From Somniosus microcephalus (lineage: Eukaryota), in contig JBMRGM010000035.1 in the NCBI GenBank assembly GCA_052327205.1, forward strand, positions 130,138,001 through 130,202,000: a stretch of 64,000 nucleotides of DNA. The letters are read 5' to 3'. This document shows positions 1 through 12,382 of this stretch, piece by piece. Position 1 is the first letter of the stretch. Each line of letters starts with the position of its first letter. The position numbers and the translations under genes are program-made. The notes under the pieces were generated by a model, which worked only from the letters and a program-made list of their open reading frames with translations, had not been told where the DNA came from and did no database searches.

Positions 1-813
1 ATGTTGAAGGAGGAATTGCAGTTGTGGTCACTTGTACTGTAGGCGGATGTTTCAACCCCAGATATCCTTGCCTGAAAGGGTTGCATCCTTCCATCTGCTC
101 CTCCTCGTCTGCTTCCTCTTCTTCTGCTTCTTTCAATTCTGCTCCCTCCTCTTCTGCTTCTTCCTCTTATTCTTCCTTTTTCCTCCGTCTTCCTCTTCCC
201 TCTGCAAATGGGATCTATAAATCTGAAATGAAAGCAGAAAATTCTGGGAATGCTCAGCAGGTCAGGAAGCATCTCGACTTTAAATGTAAACTCTGGTTCT
301 CTCTCCACGGATGCTGCATGACCTGCTGAGTATTTTCATCATTTTCTGTCTTCTCAGAAGCCTTGCTTTACAATCCGAGGTCTTCCAAACATCCATCAGC
401 ACTCCCTGAACTACCAGTACAATTTAAAAACTTTTAACATCTATTGCACAAAGCCACTACTTCAATAAACTATTAAATGCAAACTTAACTGAAAGATGTC
501 TGTCTCCTTTTAAAAAATGCTGACAGCGTGTCTGTCGGGCTGCTGCACGCTCGCTTTTCAGAGCAAGCTGAGCACTTAGCTAAACTCATGGCAAAGGTCC
601 AAGTTTGCAGAAGGTAGCGTTAAGTCGGCGTGCGCTTCATGCTCTCCAGATTTGCATGTCGAGCGAAGCTCTGCTACCAGCAGCACTATGGCCCATACCA
701 AAATGGCGACCGCCGAGTCTCACGCCAGCGGCTGGAATCAGACCGGTGGCTGACATTTACTTTTCAGGAATTTGCCGCTAATGGGTGGCGGTAAGTAGCC
801 CAATTTCTAGGCC
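1..813 (-). mobile_element. Degenerate PIF/Harbinger-like DNA transposon remnant (acidic C-terminal tail of a HARBI1-type transposase plus one terminus)
   Basis: Minus strand 26-200 reads EEEAEEEGAELKEAEEEEADEEEQ, then with a frameshift QPLSGKDIWG*NIRLQYK*, resembling the acidic tail and ...LIRLRF* end of Harbinger transposases. The segment ends at ...AATTTCTAGGCC, similar to other MITE termini in the window. Confidence 0.4.
231..350. repeat. Short hairpin (inverted-repeat) interspersed element
   Basis: CAGAAAATTCTGGGAATGCTCAGCAGGTCAGGAAGCATC pairs imperfectly with GATGCTGCATGACCTGCTGAGTATTTTCATCATTTTCTG; a motif I recognise as common in shark genomes. Confidence 0.65.
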
Positions 814-983
814 TTAGCGAGTTAGTAAATTCTTTGGAGATTATTTTGCTTCTGGAAGTGATAAAAAATATTTAATTCTGAATGACCCATGCGTGTTGGG
901 TCCATGTTTGCGCGGACCCTGTATGTGGAATCCGTGTGTGGGGGATCTGTCCGAGTGAGGTCTATGTGTGTATGTAAACGTAT

Positions 984-1070
984 GACACAAAAGCGAGTTC
1001 AGACTGGAGAGAGATGGTTTAACTGCTCCGTGTGTGAGAAGGGATTCACTAATCCATCCGATTTGGAGAA
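984..1070 (+). pseudogene. Isolated C2H2 zinc-finger gene fragment
   Basis: Translation QKRVQTGERWFNCSVCEKGFTNPSDL contains a TGEKP-type linker and CxxC...F motif. The histidines are missing and there are no adjacent fingers. Confidence 0.6.
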
Positions 1071-2477
1071 GGCTTTTGTTTAACTCACCGTCCTCATAAT
1101 GGCATCCCTCCTGGGAAGAGGCAACAGAACATGCCTCTTAACTATCGTCCAGTGTGGAAAAACCACTGGGATGAGCAAGGCACCTCAAGGGTGCCATGAA
1201 CTTCCACGGCTGGAGAAGAACCCCAGCAATTTCAGCGTTCAGTGCGTAAGAAATATACGTCGACTGAAAAACTTGACTGACAGACATTTAAATTAAAATG
1301 AAATCGAAAATATTCAAGGCCACTCGCACAAAATGACACCTAACAGAGCACTGATATTATAGACGAGACGCAAGAAGAAAAACAATAGAAAAGTTAAGTG
1401 GAAAAATGGAAAAAGGCTTGCAGGTGACATAAAGGGAAGTAGTAAAATATTTTATAAACTGAGAAAACGGTAAAATGATTTTAACGGAAATTTACAACCA
1501 ATTACAAATGGAGAATGAATAGACTCTAAGGGGTAAATTGTAACCAACTTGCCAGTCGAGAAATTGACGAGATCGGCTGCCACGTTGGTTATACACCTAC
1601 CCGATTTTACCCACCATTGAATTCAAAGAAGAGCAATATTGGATGAGGCGTGAAACCAGCGAGAGTAATTTATCTCAGTTGCTGGGCGGGAATCCCAAGA
1701 GGTCAGGTGGAACGCTATTGTTACACTATCAAAATGTGCAAACAATGCTAAATAGTTTAACTGCACGAAGAAAGGCTTCCTGAACGAAAGAACCCGCATT
1801 CGCAAAGCGCCTTTTGGATTAGATTTTGAATGATAGTCTCGTACATAAAGCTGGTGTGGCAAGCCTCCCATTATGGAAATGGCTCGATTCCGTTCCCATT
1901 GAAGTCAAGGAAAATGACTATCAGGTAGTTTCATTCCATAGTATCAGTTTTACACCTGAGTGGAAAGGTGGAAATCTACACGTCTTTGCTTTATGACTTT
2001 GGGGTTCGCAAACCGTTTCACAAGTAGTGAATTACTTTTGAAGGTTAGTTACTTTTATTATGTAGCAAAGTAAAACAGAAAATTTGTACACAGTAAGGTC
2101 CTCACACACTTACATGAAATACAAGAGGGATAAATCTAATAGAGGTTATTTAAAATGCTGAGAGGTTTGGATCAAATATGGTGGCGTAAAACATTTCCAT
2201 TGGTCGTTCAGTTAGTAAATACAATGCATCAATCCAGAAACATCACCAAGAGAGGTTACACAGAACTTTCCAGGGCACTGAAAACTGTAGAGGAAGCAAA
2301 AGTGGAATCTGATGGTCCAACAGTTATATATAGATCAATATTTAAAAGGATTTGGGGAAAAATAAGTATCTAGAACAGAAGCAATAGAAATGAAATAGGT
2401 GCAATCGTCCGATTTGCCTTTTTCCCAGCTAGAACATTCTATGATTTTCTATGGCATGGGTAAACATATTTATGTTA

Positions 2478-2918
2478 GAAAGACAGAAAGACTTGCATTT
2501 ATACAGGGCCTTTCACGACCGCCGGTTGTCCCAAGGCGCTTTATAGAGGAACGTTTTGATGTGTAATCACTGTTTTAATGTAGGAAACGCGGCAGCCAAT
2601 TTGGCACAGGAAGTTCCCAAAAACATCAATGTGATAATGAATAGATAATCTGTTTTTAGTGATGTTGATTGAGGGATAAATATTGGCCCAGGATACCGGC
2701 GATAATTCCACTACTCTGCTTCAAAATAGTGCCATGGGATCTTTTACGTCCACCTGAGAGGACAGACGGTTTACCGTCTCATCCAAAAGACGGCACCTGG
2801 CGACAGCACTGCACTGGAGCGTCAGTCTAGGATTTTGGTGCTCAAGTTCCTGGAGGAAAATTGAGCCCATAACCTTCAAATTCAGAGGCGAGGGTGCTAC
2901 CCACTAAGCCACAGCTGA
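2478..2918 (-). mobile_element. tRNA-derived DeuSINE (SacSINE1-like)
   Basis: Reverse complement has a tRNA-like head, the Deu-type core (AAATTGGCTGCCGCGTTTCCTACATT) and a tail ending TATAAATGCAAGTCTTTCT. Confidence 0.75.
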
Positions 2919-3129
2919 TACTAACCTGATATGCATCCCTTGTGAGCATTCTGGCCGAGGGATGGCACACCAACCCATAATGTTTCCACCTACTTATTTT
3001 ATCAAAAGTAATTATTTGGTTTTAATCTTTCAAAACGTTCTGAGCAGTAAATTAACAACACAATTTTAACTGAGTTCTATACCCCACATAACCCATGAAC
3101 TGCCGCATCAACTAGTAAATTAAAAAGCC

Positions 3130-5030
3130 AGGATTCATCTAAACCTATCAGCATATCCTTCTATTCCTTTCTCCCTCTTGTGTTCATCTAGCGTCTCCTT
3201 AGAAACATCTATACTGTTTGCGTTACCTATTCCACGTGGCAGGAAATTCCACATTTTCACTACTCTCTGGGTAAAAAAGATTCTCCTGAATTCTTTGTCG
3301 GATGTATTGGTGACTATCTTATATTTATGATGACTAGTTATGCACTCCCTACAAGTGGCAACATCTTCTCTACATCATCCAAAATTCTATAGACTCTGGA
3401 ACAGTTCCCATGGATTGGAGGATAGCTAATGTGACCCCACTATTTAAAAAGGGTGGTAGAGAGAAAACGAGGAATTATAGACTGGTAAGCCTGACATCGG
3501 TAGTGGGGAAAATGCTAGATAATGTCCATTATAAAAGATGTAATAGCAGAGCATTTGGAAAACAGTGACAGGATCGGATAAAGTCAACATGGATTTACAA
3601 AAGGTAGATCATGCTTGACTAATCTGCTGGAATTTTTTGAGGATGTAACTGGTAGAATAGCTAAGGGAGAACCAGTGGATGTGGTGTATTTGGACTTTCA
3701 GAAGGCTTTTGATAAGTTCCCGCATAAGAGATTAGCGTGTAAAGTTAAAGCACATGGGATTTGTGGTAAGGAACTGTCTTGGATAGAGAACTGTTTGGCA
3801 GGCAGGAAGCAAAGAGTTGGAATGAATGGGTCTTTTTCCGAGTGGCAGACAGTGACTAGTGGGGTACCGCAGGGATCGGTGCTAGGGCCCCAGCTATTCA
3901 CAATATATATAAATGATCTAGACGAGGGAACTAGATGTAATATCTCCAAGTTTGCAGACGACACAAAGCTGGGTGGGCGTGTGTGCTGTGAGGAGGATGC
4001 AGAGAAACTCCAGTACGATTTGGACAGGTTGGTTTATTAGGTAGATGCATGGCAAATGCATATAATGTGGAAAAATGCGAGGTTATCCACTTCGGTTGCA
4101 AAAACAGGAAGACAGATTATTATCTGAACGGCAATAGATTGGGAAAAGGGGAAGTGCAACGAGACCTGGGTGTCCTTGTGCACCAGTCGCTGAAGGTATG
4201 CATGCAGGTGCAGCAGGTGGTTAAGAAGGCAAATGGTATGTTGGCCTGCATAGCGAGAGGATTTGAGTACAGGAGCTAGGATGTCTTGCTGCTGTTATAC
4301 AGGGCCTTGGTGAGACCACACCTTGAGTATTGTGTGCAGTTTTGGTCGCCTTATCCGAGGAACGATGTTCTTGCCATGGAGAGAGTGCAGCGAAGATTCA
4401 ACAGACTGATACCTGGGATGGCAGGAATGACGTATGAGGAGAGATTGGGTCGATTAGGCTTATATTCGCTGGAGTTTAGAAGAATGAGAGGGGATCTCAT
4501 TGAAACGTATAAAATTCTAACAGGACTAGACAGACTAGATGCAGAAAGGATGTTCCCGATGGCGGGGGAGTCCAGAACCAGGGGTCACAGTCTAAGTATA
4601 AGGGGTAAGCCATTTAGGACTGAGATGAGGAGGAATTTCTTCACCCAGTGAGTGGTGAACCTATGGAATTCTCTACCACATAGGGCAGTTGAGGCCAATT
4701 CATTAAATATAAGCAAGAAGGAGTTGGATATTTTTCTGAGGCTAAAGGGGTTAAGGGATATGGGGAGAAGGCAGGGAAAGTGTACAGAATTTGGATGATC
4801 AGCCATGATCTCATTAAATGGCGGAGCGGGCTTGAGGGGCCGAATGGCCTACTCCTGCTCCCATCTACTATGTTTCTATGTTTAACCTATCGTACCGCTT
4901 CATCATATTGAGAATTATTATTAGGCTATCCCTCAGTCTTTTTTTCAAGAGCAAAGAGCCCCAGCCTGTTCAATTCTTCTTGATAGTAACAACCTATGAA
5001 TTCTGGTATCATACTTGTAAATTTTGTTTC
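3130..5030 (-). mobile_element. Old CR1 3' fragment split by a younger CR1 insertion
   Basis: CR1 3'-end sequence in minus orientation at ~3130-3378 resumes at ~4884-5030. Confidence 0.55.
3380..4883 (+). mobile_element. 5'-truncated CR1 LINE (RT pseudogene plus 3' tail)
   Basis: ORF pieces with [28 protein letters not shown] and LVRPHLEYCVQFWSP. Several in-frame stops; ends in CTATGTTTCTATGTTT. Confidence 0.95.
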
Positions 5031-5339
5031 CAACATTATGTATTTATTTATTATTTATATATTATCTTCATATATTTATTTAAATAATATTAGCAGTGTT
5101 TTGAAGAGTGCTCGATTGTACAGCAGTGTACATTTGATCATTAGCTGGAGCTGCCAAGTGCTAACCCGCACACCCTAACCCAACCTCGTGTTACTGCAAC
5201 CAGTGACGGGTCTGCAAATGGCTGCTGCATCGCCTTAAGGGCAGTATTTTCTACTTACCTGCTGGGTGCTGCCTTGCAGGGTTGGGATTACGTGTTGGAT
5301 ATGTAAATAAACTCTGCTGCCGCACACCTACCCCGTGGG

Positions 5340-5692
5340 ACAAGATTTCAAATCCTTTAGTGGCCCCATATCTCCCCATCTCTGTAAACTCTCAAACTAC
5401 AACTCCCCAAACTCTCTGTCCTCCTGCGCAATTCACTCCCTTTCACCCGAAATTGGTGGCTGTGCTTTCACTCACCGAAGACCCATGTTGTGGAATTACC
5501 TCCCTAAACACCTCCATCTCCTTCTCCTATTTTAGGACATTCTTGAAACCCACATATTTGTCATTGCTTTCGGCCACGCCTTCTAATATCCCCTTCATTG
5601 GCTCGCTGTCATTTAGTTCTGATTCTTGTGAGGCACCCGGTGTCACACTTCTAAGTTAAAGGTGTAATATAAATACAAGTTGTTGTTGTTGC
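5340..5692 (+). mobile_element. L2 LINE 3' fragment
   Basis: IGGCAFT..PMLWNYLP motif; tail TAATATAAATACAAGTTGTTGTTGTTG. Confidence 0.75.
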
Positions 5693-5714
5693 AAACAACA
5701 GTTCTGTATCTACC

Positions 5715-6530
5715 CAGTACTCCCCCTGCTGTACGAGAAGGTCGGTGTTGAGTCAAGATCTGCCCAGTGCTGGCCTCTGCATTGCAGGAGGGACTATATT
5801 GGGGCCGTCTCTGCACCGTGAAGCCCCTTGCCTTACCGTAGCATCAGTATCTGGCATCCTCCTAGACCTGCCCCCTGCAGTATCGGGGAGGGAAAATGTT
5901 TGGTACATACTGGGTGTTAGGCAATTACACCCTTCAGCAACAGAGGGTAACTGTGAGTTTTTATAGGCATAGTGCTGACCCCTGCAGTGCTGTAGGTTCA
6001 ATGCAGTATTTGTATGAGCCCAGTGTTGCCCCCTGGAATACTAGAGGTTTAATGGAGGTCTTTACTAGCCCTGTGTTGCCCATTGCAGTACCGGAGCGTC
6101 AGTGTCTGGTACCTCCCCGCGGCTGCCCCCTGCAGTACTGGAGGTTCAGGGGCTCTGTCTCCAACCGTTGTTAACCCCTACAGTGCCGGAGGGTCAAGGT
6201 GGGGTCTGAATCGGCGCCGTGCTGCTCTATGCAACACTGGAGGGTTATTGTGGTGTGGGAATCGTCCCTGTGTTGCTACTGCACTAAAAGAGTGTCAGTG
6301 TCTGTATCTACCCGATGCTGGCCACTGAATTACTGGAGAGCCAGTGTTGGAACTCTCTCTGTCCAGCGCTGCCCCCTGAATTACTGGAGGGTCAGTGTGA
6401 GTTTCTATTGGCCCGATGTTTCCCCCTGCAGTACTGGAAGTTCCGTGTCTGGTATCTGTCCGCTGCTGAGCCCTGCAGTATTATAGGGTCAGTGTGAGGT
6501 CTGCATCTACGATGTGCTGCCCCCTACAAG
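5715..6530. repeat. Degenerate minisatellite, unit about 47 bp
   Basis: Recurrent CCCCCTGCAGTACTGGAGGGTCAGTGTGAG-like unit, about 17 diverged copies. Confidence 0.8.
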
Positions 6531-6960
6531 GCCTCAACGCCAAACGCCCGCGCCATTGATTCCACCAGCCTGGCTTCCACTGTCGCTGAGAACCGAGTTC
6601 TTCGTCGCTCCCAGGCGGCACTCGCGTCTGACTCCGGGTCTATTGCGGCCGCTCCCTGACTCCCTCTCTCCCGGTATGTGTGCCGCAGGGAAACAAACGC
6701 CAAGACCTCGTCCGTGCTCCACGAAACGAAAATAAAATCAGTTTTGCAGAATGGAGCACGGCCATAGTGGGAGCGCTTCCGGATTACGGACAGGACATTA
6801 AAACTCCCCGGCGACCATTACGTTACGTGCCGCGCCTAGGTGTGGAGTATGTAATGGGGCACTTTCACTAGCGCTGTTCATTCTGGGAGAGACACGCGGC
6901 TGGTTGGACAGCGAGCGAAAGTCAATCACAACGGTTTCACAGGTAAAATTGCGAGCGATA
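6530..6960. promoter_or_regulatory. CpG-rich segment, candidate promoter or first exon
   Basis: Locally high CpG density in an otherwise CpG-poor window; not recognisably a repeat; possible donor CCG|GTATGT near 6673. Confidence 0.35.
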
Positions 6961-7019
6961 ACAGGTGAAATAAATTATGCTTTGACATGCAAGAGACTAA
7001 CAGTAAAATAAAAAGAGTG

Positions 7020-7390
7020 AATGATTAAATTAAGAGATTGTGCAAGGATTCAATAGTGTAGATAGAGAAAAGCTATTTCCTCTGGTGGGAAGTCCAGAAA
7101 AGGGGACATAACATTAAAATGAATTCTACGCCCTTCAGGGGTGATGTAAGGAAGCATTTCTTCATACAAAGAGTAATGGATATCTGAAATTCTCTCCCAA
7201 CAAAACGCGGTTCAGGCTAGGATAATTGAAAATCTCAACATTAAGATCGATAGGATTTTATTTGGTAATGGTATTATGGGATATGGAACCAAGATGGGTA
7301 AATTGAGTTGAAAAAATGAACAGACATGATCTAATTGAATGGCGGAACCGTCTCGAGGGGCCGAATGTCTTACACCTGCCCCTATGCTCC
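7020..7390 (+). mobile_element. CR1 3' fragment
   Basis: Similar to the CR1 3' end at 4500-4870, including the GAATGGCGG...GAGGGGCCGAATG tail. Confidence 0.8.
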
Positions 7391-8049
7391 AGTGTGTTTT
7401 ACGGAAGGATGAAGAACGTAGCGTAAAAAGGAGAGACAAAGCGTTAAGTGTATAGAGATAGGCCAAAATTGTTCAGCGCAGTTTTACATTACGTCTCTTT
7501 GTGTGAGATTAAATGTGTACATACCCCTGATCTTCAATTTCAAAGACAGCCCAAAACCTCATACGGGGATCGAGTTCAATCCAATTGTCTTCACCAGCAT
7601 ATTTGAGTCTGGACCTGTTGCCCTACCACCATCTCTCCCCAGACATTACAGCCGTGAATGGCTATGGAGTGGTTAGATTGCGTTCTAATGCTACTGTATA
7701 TCCCCAGGGATTCCCAACAGGTTGAGGGTGTTATGGATGGTGGGTATATAAGCATTATGTATGGCTGGGACACATTAAAAAGCAGCAAGTTTAATTTAGT
7801 TTGTACCGATCAGTTGTTTGGCAAATAACGCAGCCGTGCCATTGAAAGGTAGGGTAGATGTTCTGAGCCCTCGGCTGTGCTAAATTACCTGCCTGACCGC
7901 GAGCTGGGTAATAACTTCTCTGGTGCTTAAATGATGATTCATGTCCACAGTCATAGAGAATAATGAAACACCAGGCACCTTGTTAGTCTTACTCTGGTAA
8001 AATATCAAGCCAGTTCTGCATGGGAATAACATCTCAACTTTGTCTAGGA

Positions 8050-8190
8050 AGACAAAGGGATCAAGGGATATGGGGAGAAGGCAGGGACAGGGTACTGAAT
8101 CTGGATGATCAGCCATGATTGCATTGAATGGCGGAGCAGGCTCGAGGGGCCGAATGGCCTACTCCTGCTCCTATCTTCTATGTTTCTGTT
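8050..8190 (+). mobile_element. CR1 3' tail
   Basis: AAGGGATATGGGGAGAAGGCAGG...GGCCGAATGGCCTACTCCTGCTCCTATCTTCTATGTTTCT. Confidence 0.85.
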
Positions 8191-9685
8191 ATATTCAAGG
8201 AAAGAGTAAGCCTCTTCCAGACTTCTGTAAGACACTGTTTGGGATTTGGAGGCTGCTCGTCGAAAGGACAAGCTTGGGGTAATTTTAATTGCGGGCGACA
8301 GTGTAAAATGATATCGGATCGGGCGCCTGTTATCCGTCCGACCCGATCTTCCTTTCCATTGAACTTAATCATAGTATGGTCCATGAACACTGTTGGCAAA
8401 CGGTATAAATAAGCCGTGCAGCTGCGCCACTCAGTGGACGTCTTCGGTATAACAGGACAATCCAACTACATTGCAAACTGGTATGAAAAAAATCCGGCCG
8501 AATCAATGCCTGTATCACCGCCAAGCTGGTCGGAGCAAATTTGCCCAGAATGGGAATGAGACCTTATATTGCTTTGCATCACAAAAACCGTTGGATCTAA
8601 AGTGTTCACGCAGTATTATACAGGTGGCTCTTTGGTGTTGCCCGCTTTATGTTTCCCCTTTCCATCCCTGATGGGTAAGACTAGCCAATAGTCAATTTAA
8701 GTGTGATATTATCTGCACTTCATGGCTGAAGTGTGTTTTCTCTGTCAGTAATGCTGAAATTCACGTAAATTGTGTTTCAGTTTCCAGCTTGTTTCCTTTC
8801 CCAGTCCTGTCTTCAGAAGCGCAACTGCTTCACAATGACAGCTCATAGTTGCTTTTAATGACTTAGTGCTTCGCATTGACTGATCCATTGTGTGTGAGAG
8901 ACCTGCCACAATTTAATTCCATAGATTGACAACAGGATTTTTCTGGGTAAATAAACGGGGGCAATCTATCCCAACACAGGTAGCACCCTACAGTTGGCGT
9001 ATGATGTGCACAGGAACAGTAATTTTCAGATTTATAAGGCTATAGTTTAATGGTGTCGACATTGGCAAATAAAGGGAATGAAATTGGATATGGGTGGTGA
9101 AGAAAAAAATACTGCTTCGTTTGTCCATTATACGCCCTATCCGATATTCATTTCTATTGACTTCAATGGAACTTAATATCGGGCATGTTGTATAAGGGGC
9201 GCCAAATGCGATTCCGCCTGGTCTGCGATGCTGCCCATGTTCATTTTCACCCCCATACCAATGCAGGCATTTGTATTATTTTGAGGAAGCTGTTGACGCA
9301 CTTAAAATAAATTGGATAACGCCCACTGTTCAAATAGTGGATAGATGTTCGTCATAGAAACATGCTAAGCATTAATCTATTACAGCTAACATCATTTTCG
9401 AAGCTATAGTTTCACTTTGGCTTAGTTCGTGTCATCCTTGCCTCTGAGTTAGGAAGTTATGGTTTCAAAACACATTCCAGGAATTGAACATATAATCTAT
9501 ATTGACAATCCTGTGTAGTATTGTAGGACGGCTGTATTGCCCGAAGTGCTGACCTTTTGATGAGACACTAAACGGAGGTCCTGTGCATTATTTCCCAGTG
9601 GTGCAGGTGCATGTTAAGAATCCCATGACACTATTCGAAGCAGAGTACGGAGTTCTCCCAGTTGCCTGGCTAACATTCCTTCTTC

Positions 9686-9996
9686 CAGGGACCCGGGTTC
9701 GAATCCAGCCTCGGGTGACTGTCTGTGTGGAGTTTGCACATTCTCCCCGTGTTTGCGTGGGTTTCCTCCGGGTGCTCCGGTTTCCTCCCACAGTCCAAAG
9801 ATGTGCGGGTTAGGTTGATTGGCTATGATAAATTGACCCTTAGTGTTAGGGGGATTAAATACATGGGGTTACGGGGATAGGGTGGGATATGTGTTGGTGT
9901 AGGGGTTACGGGGATCGGGTGGGATATGTGTCGGTGCAGGCTCGATGGGCCGAAATGGCCTCTATCTGCACTGTGGGGTTTCTGTGATTCTGTGAC
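9686..9996 (+). mobile_element. HE1-like V-SINE inserted into an older DeuSINE (~9415-10090)
   Basis: B-box GGTTCGAATCC, V-domain TGTGTGGAGTTTGCACATTCTCCCCGTG...GGGTTTCCTCCGGGTGCTCCGGTTTCCTCCCACAGTCCAAAGA and a CR1-type tail. Confidence 0.9.
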
Positions 9997-10434
9997 TCTT
10001 ATTATTGTTGTAATCTTGCTGTGAGCAAAATGTCTACCATGTTTCTGAGAGATGCGATAAGTTGCTACAGAAATGAAAACCTTTTGTTCTATAGTTGCCC
10101 TGCATGTATATGATCAAACCAATATATCTGAGCAAAGTAGGTTCAAAGGCTCATAGAAACACACACACAATTAAAAGAGCTAAAATACTCTCGGATTCTA
10201 ATACATTTATAGTACGACCCGAGTCTAAGAAGTGTACTCCCATTTCAAAAAGATGGAACTTTACGCTGCGATTCTCACGATCGCGCTGCAACTCAAAAAT
10301 GTAGAGTATGCAGCAGAAACAGAAAATGTTACTCAATTCACGCAAAAGATTTTATTATAAACCCTTGGTGGCACATAAAGCAAAGTAAGAGAAATTGATA
10401 CATCATAGGTACACACCCGTGTACGTATGTACCA

Positions 10435-11135
10435 CGGAATGTGAGGTGATTACCATGGCATTTACAGTGATTACTATGGGATTGTAAGATGGGTATCATT
10501 TGAATGTGAGATCGCTATTATGAGATGGTAAAATAGTTATTATTGGATGTAAGATTGTTGTCATGGAATTGTAAGTTTGTTAGAATTGAATGTCCTGGCC
10601 AAAATCATCCCACCATCAATAAATCTAAAACAGATTATTTCGTCATTATCACGTTACTGTCTAAGGGAGCTTGCTGTGCGCAAATTGGCTGCTGTGTTTC
10701 CTACATTACAATAGTGACTACAATCCAAAAAGTGCTTTATTGGCTGTAAAGCGCTTTAGGACGTCAGGTGGTCGTGAAAGGCACTATATAAATGCAAATA
10801 TTTCTTTCTTCCAAGATGTTTATAATGAGGTCGTAAGATGTATAATATTCAATATAAGATGTTTATCGTGATAGCGTAAGACCGTTATCATTGAATGTCT
10901 CATGATTACCATAAGAAGGTAAGATGGTTATTATTGAATATAAGATGTTTGTCATAGAATGGTAAGACGGTTGTCATTGAATGCAAGTTTTTTATCCTGA
11001 GATGGTCAGGTGGTTAACATTGACCGTTAGATGAGGGTCATGAGGTTGTTACCATTGCGTGTAAGATGAAATTCCGACAATGTTAAGATGGTTGTCATTG
11101 ACTGTAAGATGTTTATCATGAGATGGCAAGATGCA
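10435..11135. repeat. Degenerate minisatellite with alternating 21/22-bp units, interrupted by a SINE
   Basis: Units of type GTAAGATGGTTATCATTGAAT alternate with GTAAGATGTTTATCATGAGATG. Confidence 0.8.
10594..10811 (+). mobile_element. DeuSINE 3' half
   Basis: GGGAGCTTGCTGTGCGCAAATTGGCTGCTGTGTTTCCTACATTACAA...GCACTATATAAATGCAAA. Confidence 0.8.
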
Positions 11136-11347
11136 GGTTGTATTCAGATTTCACCACATAAGAATTTCGTGATTCAATCAGTGAGATCATAAATGTTTCC
11201 AGATGTTGAACGGGAAAGGAAGCACAAGGATAGCAGTTGGGTTTTGTTCGCATGTTCCGCGGAGCCAAGCTTAAGCACGGTTTCAGTAGCATTGTGGAGG
11301 AGTTCATTTGATCAGCCAATGATTAAAACATTTTTTTTACATATAAT

Positions 11348-12342
11348 GTCCCGGATTTTGTGGTAAAGATAACAGAGAGGCTATCAGGGCTCACCGTTAT
11401 TAAAGTCTGAATTGGACAGGAATTTCCGGCGACTACACATGAACAGTTACACACGGAAATAAGGAAGTTGTCTTCGGAGTTACCCTGCTCCACCGCCATA
11501 ACAGTATCTCACCCAAAGGCTCAGCATTTAAACACATGGAACGCGTGAAGTTTCTGTACTTACGTGATAGATACACGCTAAACTGGCAATGAAAGGGTCC
11601 GGAATTTGCGGTACTAATAACGGTGAGCCTGTCAGCGCTCGCCTTTACTACTGTATGAATCTGGCAGCAACTTCCAGCTTCCGCACATGCGAGTTAAACG
11701 CGGAAATATGGAAGTTGCTTTCAGAGTTACTCCTGCTCCTCCGCAGGGTGTGCTATTGCAGTCTTCACCGATGGAATCAACACAGAAATCACTGTTAAGG
11801 AGTAAACTTGAATAATTACCCACCATTCTTTCTCTAAAGACTGATGAAAAATCTCAGCCTTATTCAACCAGAAGGAATACAGTTTTTATCGACGTACTAA
11901 ATCGTAATTACTGTTCATCAACATCTCTGGCCCTCAAAAACTGATTTTCCAAGTATGGAGACTTATTCCCTCATAAGAACAACAAGATGTTGCAGATTTT
12001 TTTTTAAGTGTTGTTTTTCATTTTGTCTATTGCATTTAAAATTCTTCCTAAATAACATGTGTATGTCTCAATCTTGGTTTCGCTTTCTGTCATTTATATT
12101 TCCTTCTTCTTACTTCCTCCTTTGCTCTCTGTAAGGATCATTCAATTTGCTTGGTTGATCAGCCTCCCTGCTGCGTGTCCTGTTGCTGGATACCACCGGT
12201 CCCCTGTAAAAAGCTCCGAATTCAAACTGACGTCGTAAAAGAAGGAGTCTGCCTTCTAGCGCCGGCTAAAACTTCGTAGGCAACTCTTTTCGAAGTGAAC
12301 GGCGAGAGCCGTTACTTCACTGCTGATCGCTAAATCCAGGCC
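11348..12342. mobile_element. Harbinger-like MITE (family B) with a nested or duplicated 5' part
   Basis: Termini GTCCCGGATTT and AAATCCAGGCC, flanked by AAT on both sides. The first ~200 bp recur from ~11597; a related copy starts at ~34441. Confidence 0.6.
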
Positions 12343-12382
12343 AATATTCATGTTTCACGCTCTGCAATGTTCAGTCACAAAG

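Noticed and set aside
24-329. Ser-rich 101-aa ORF
   Set aside because: Antisense reading of a low-complexity GAG/GAA tract from a transposon remnant.
5715-6530. CRISPR-like array
   Set aside because: Eukaryotic context; whole units are degenerate copies with no invariant repeat or unique spacers.
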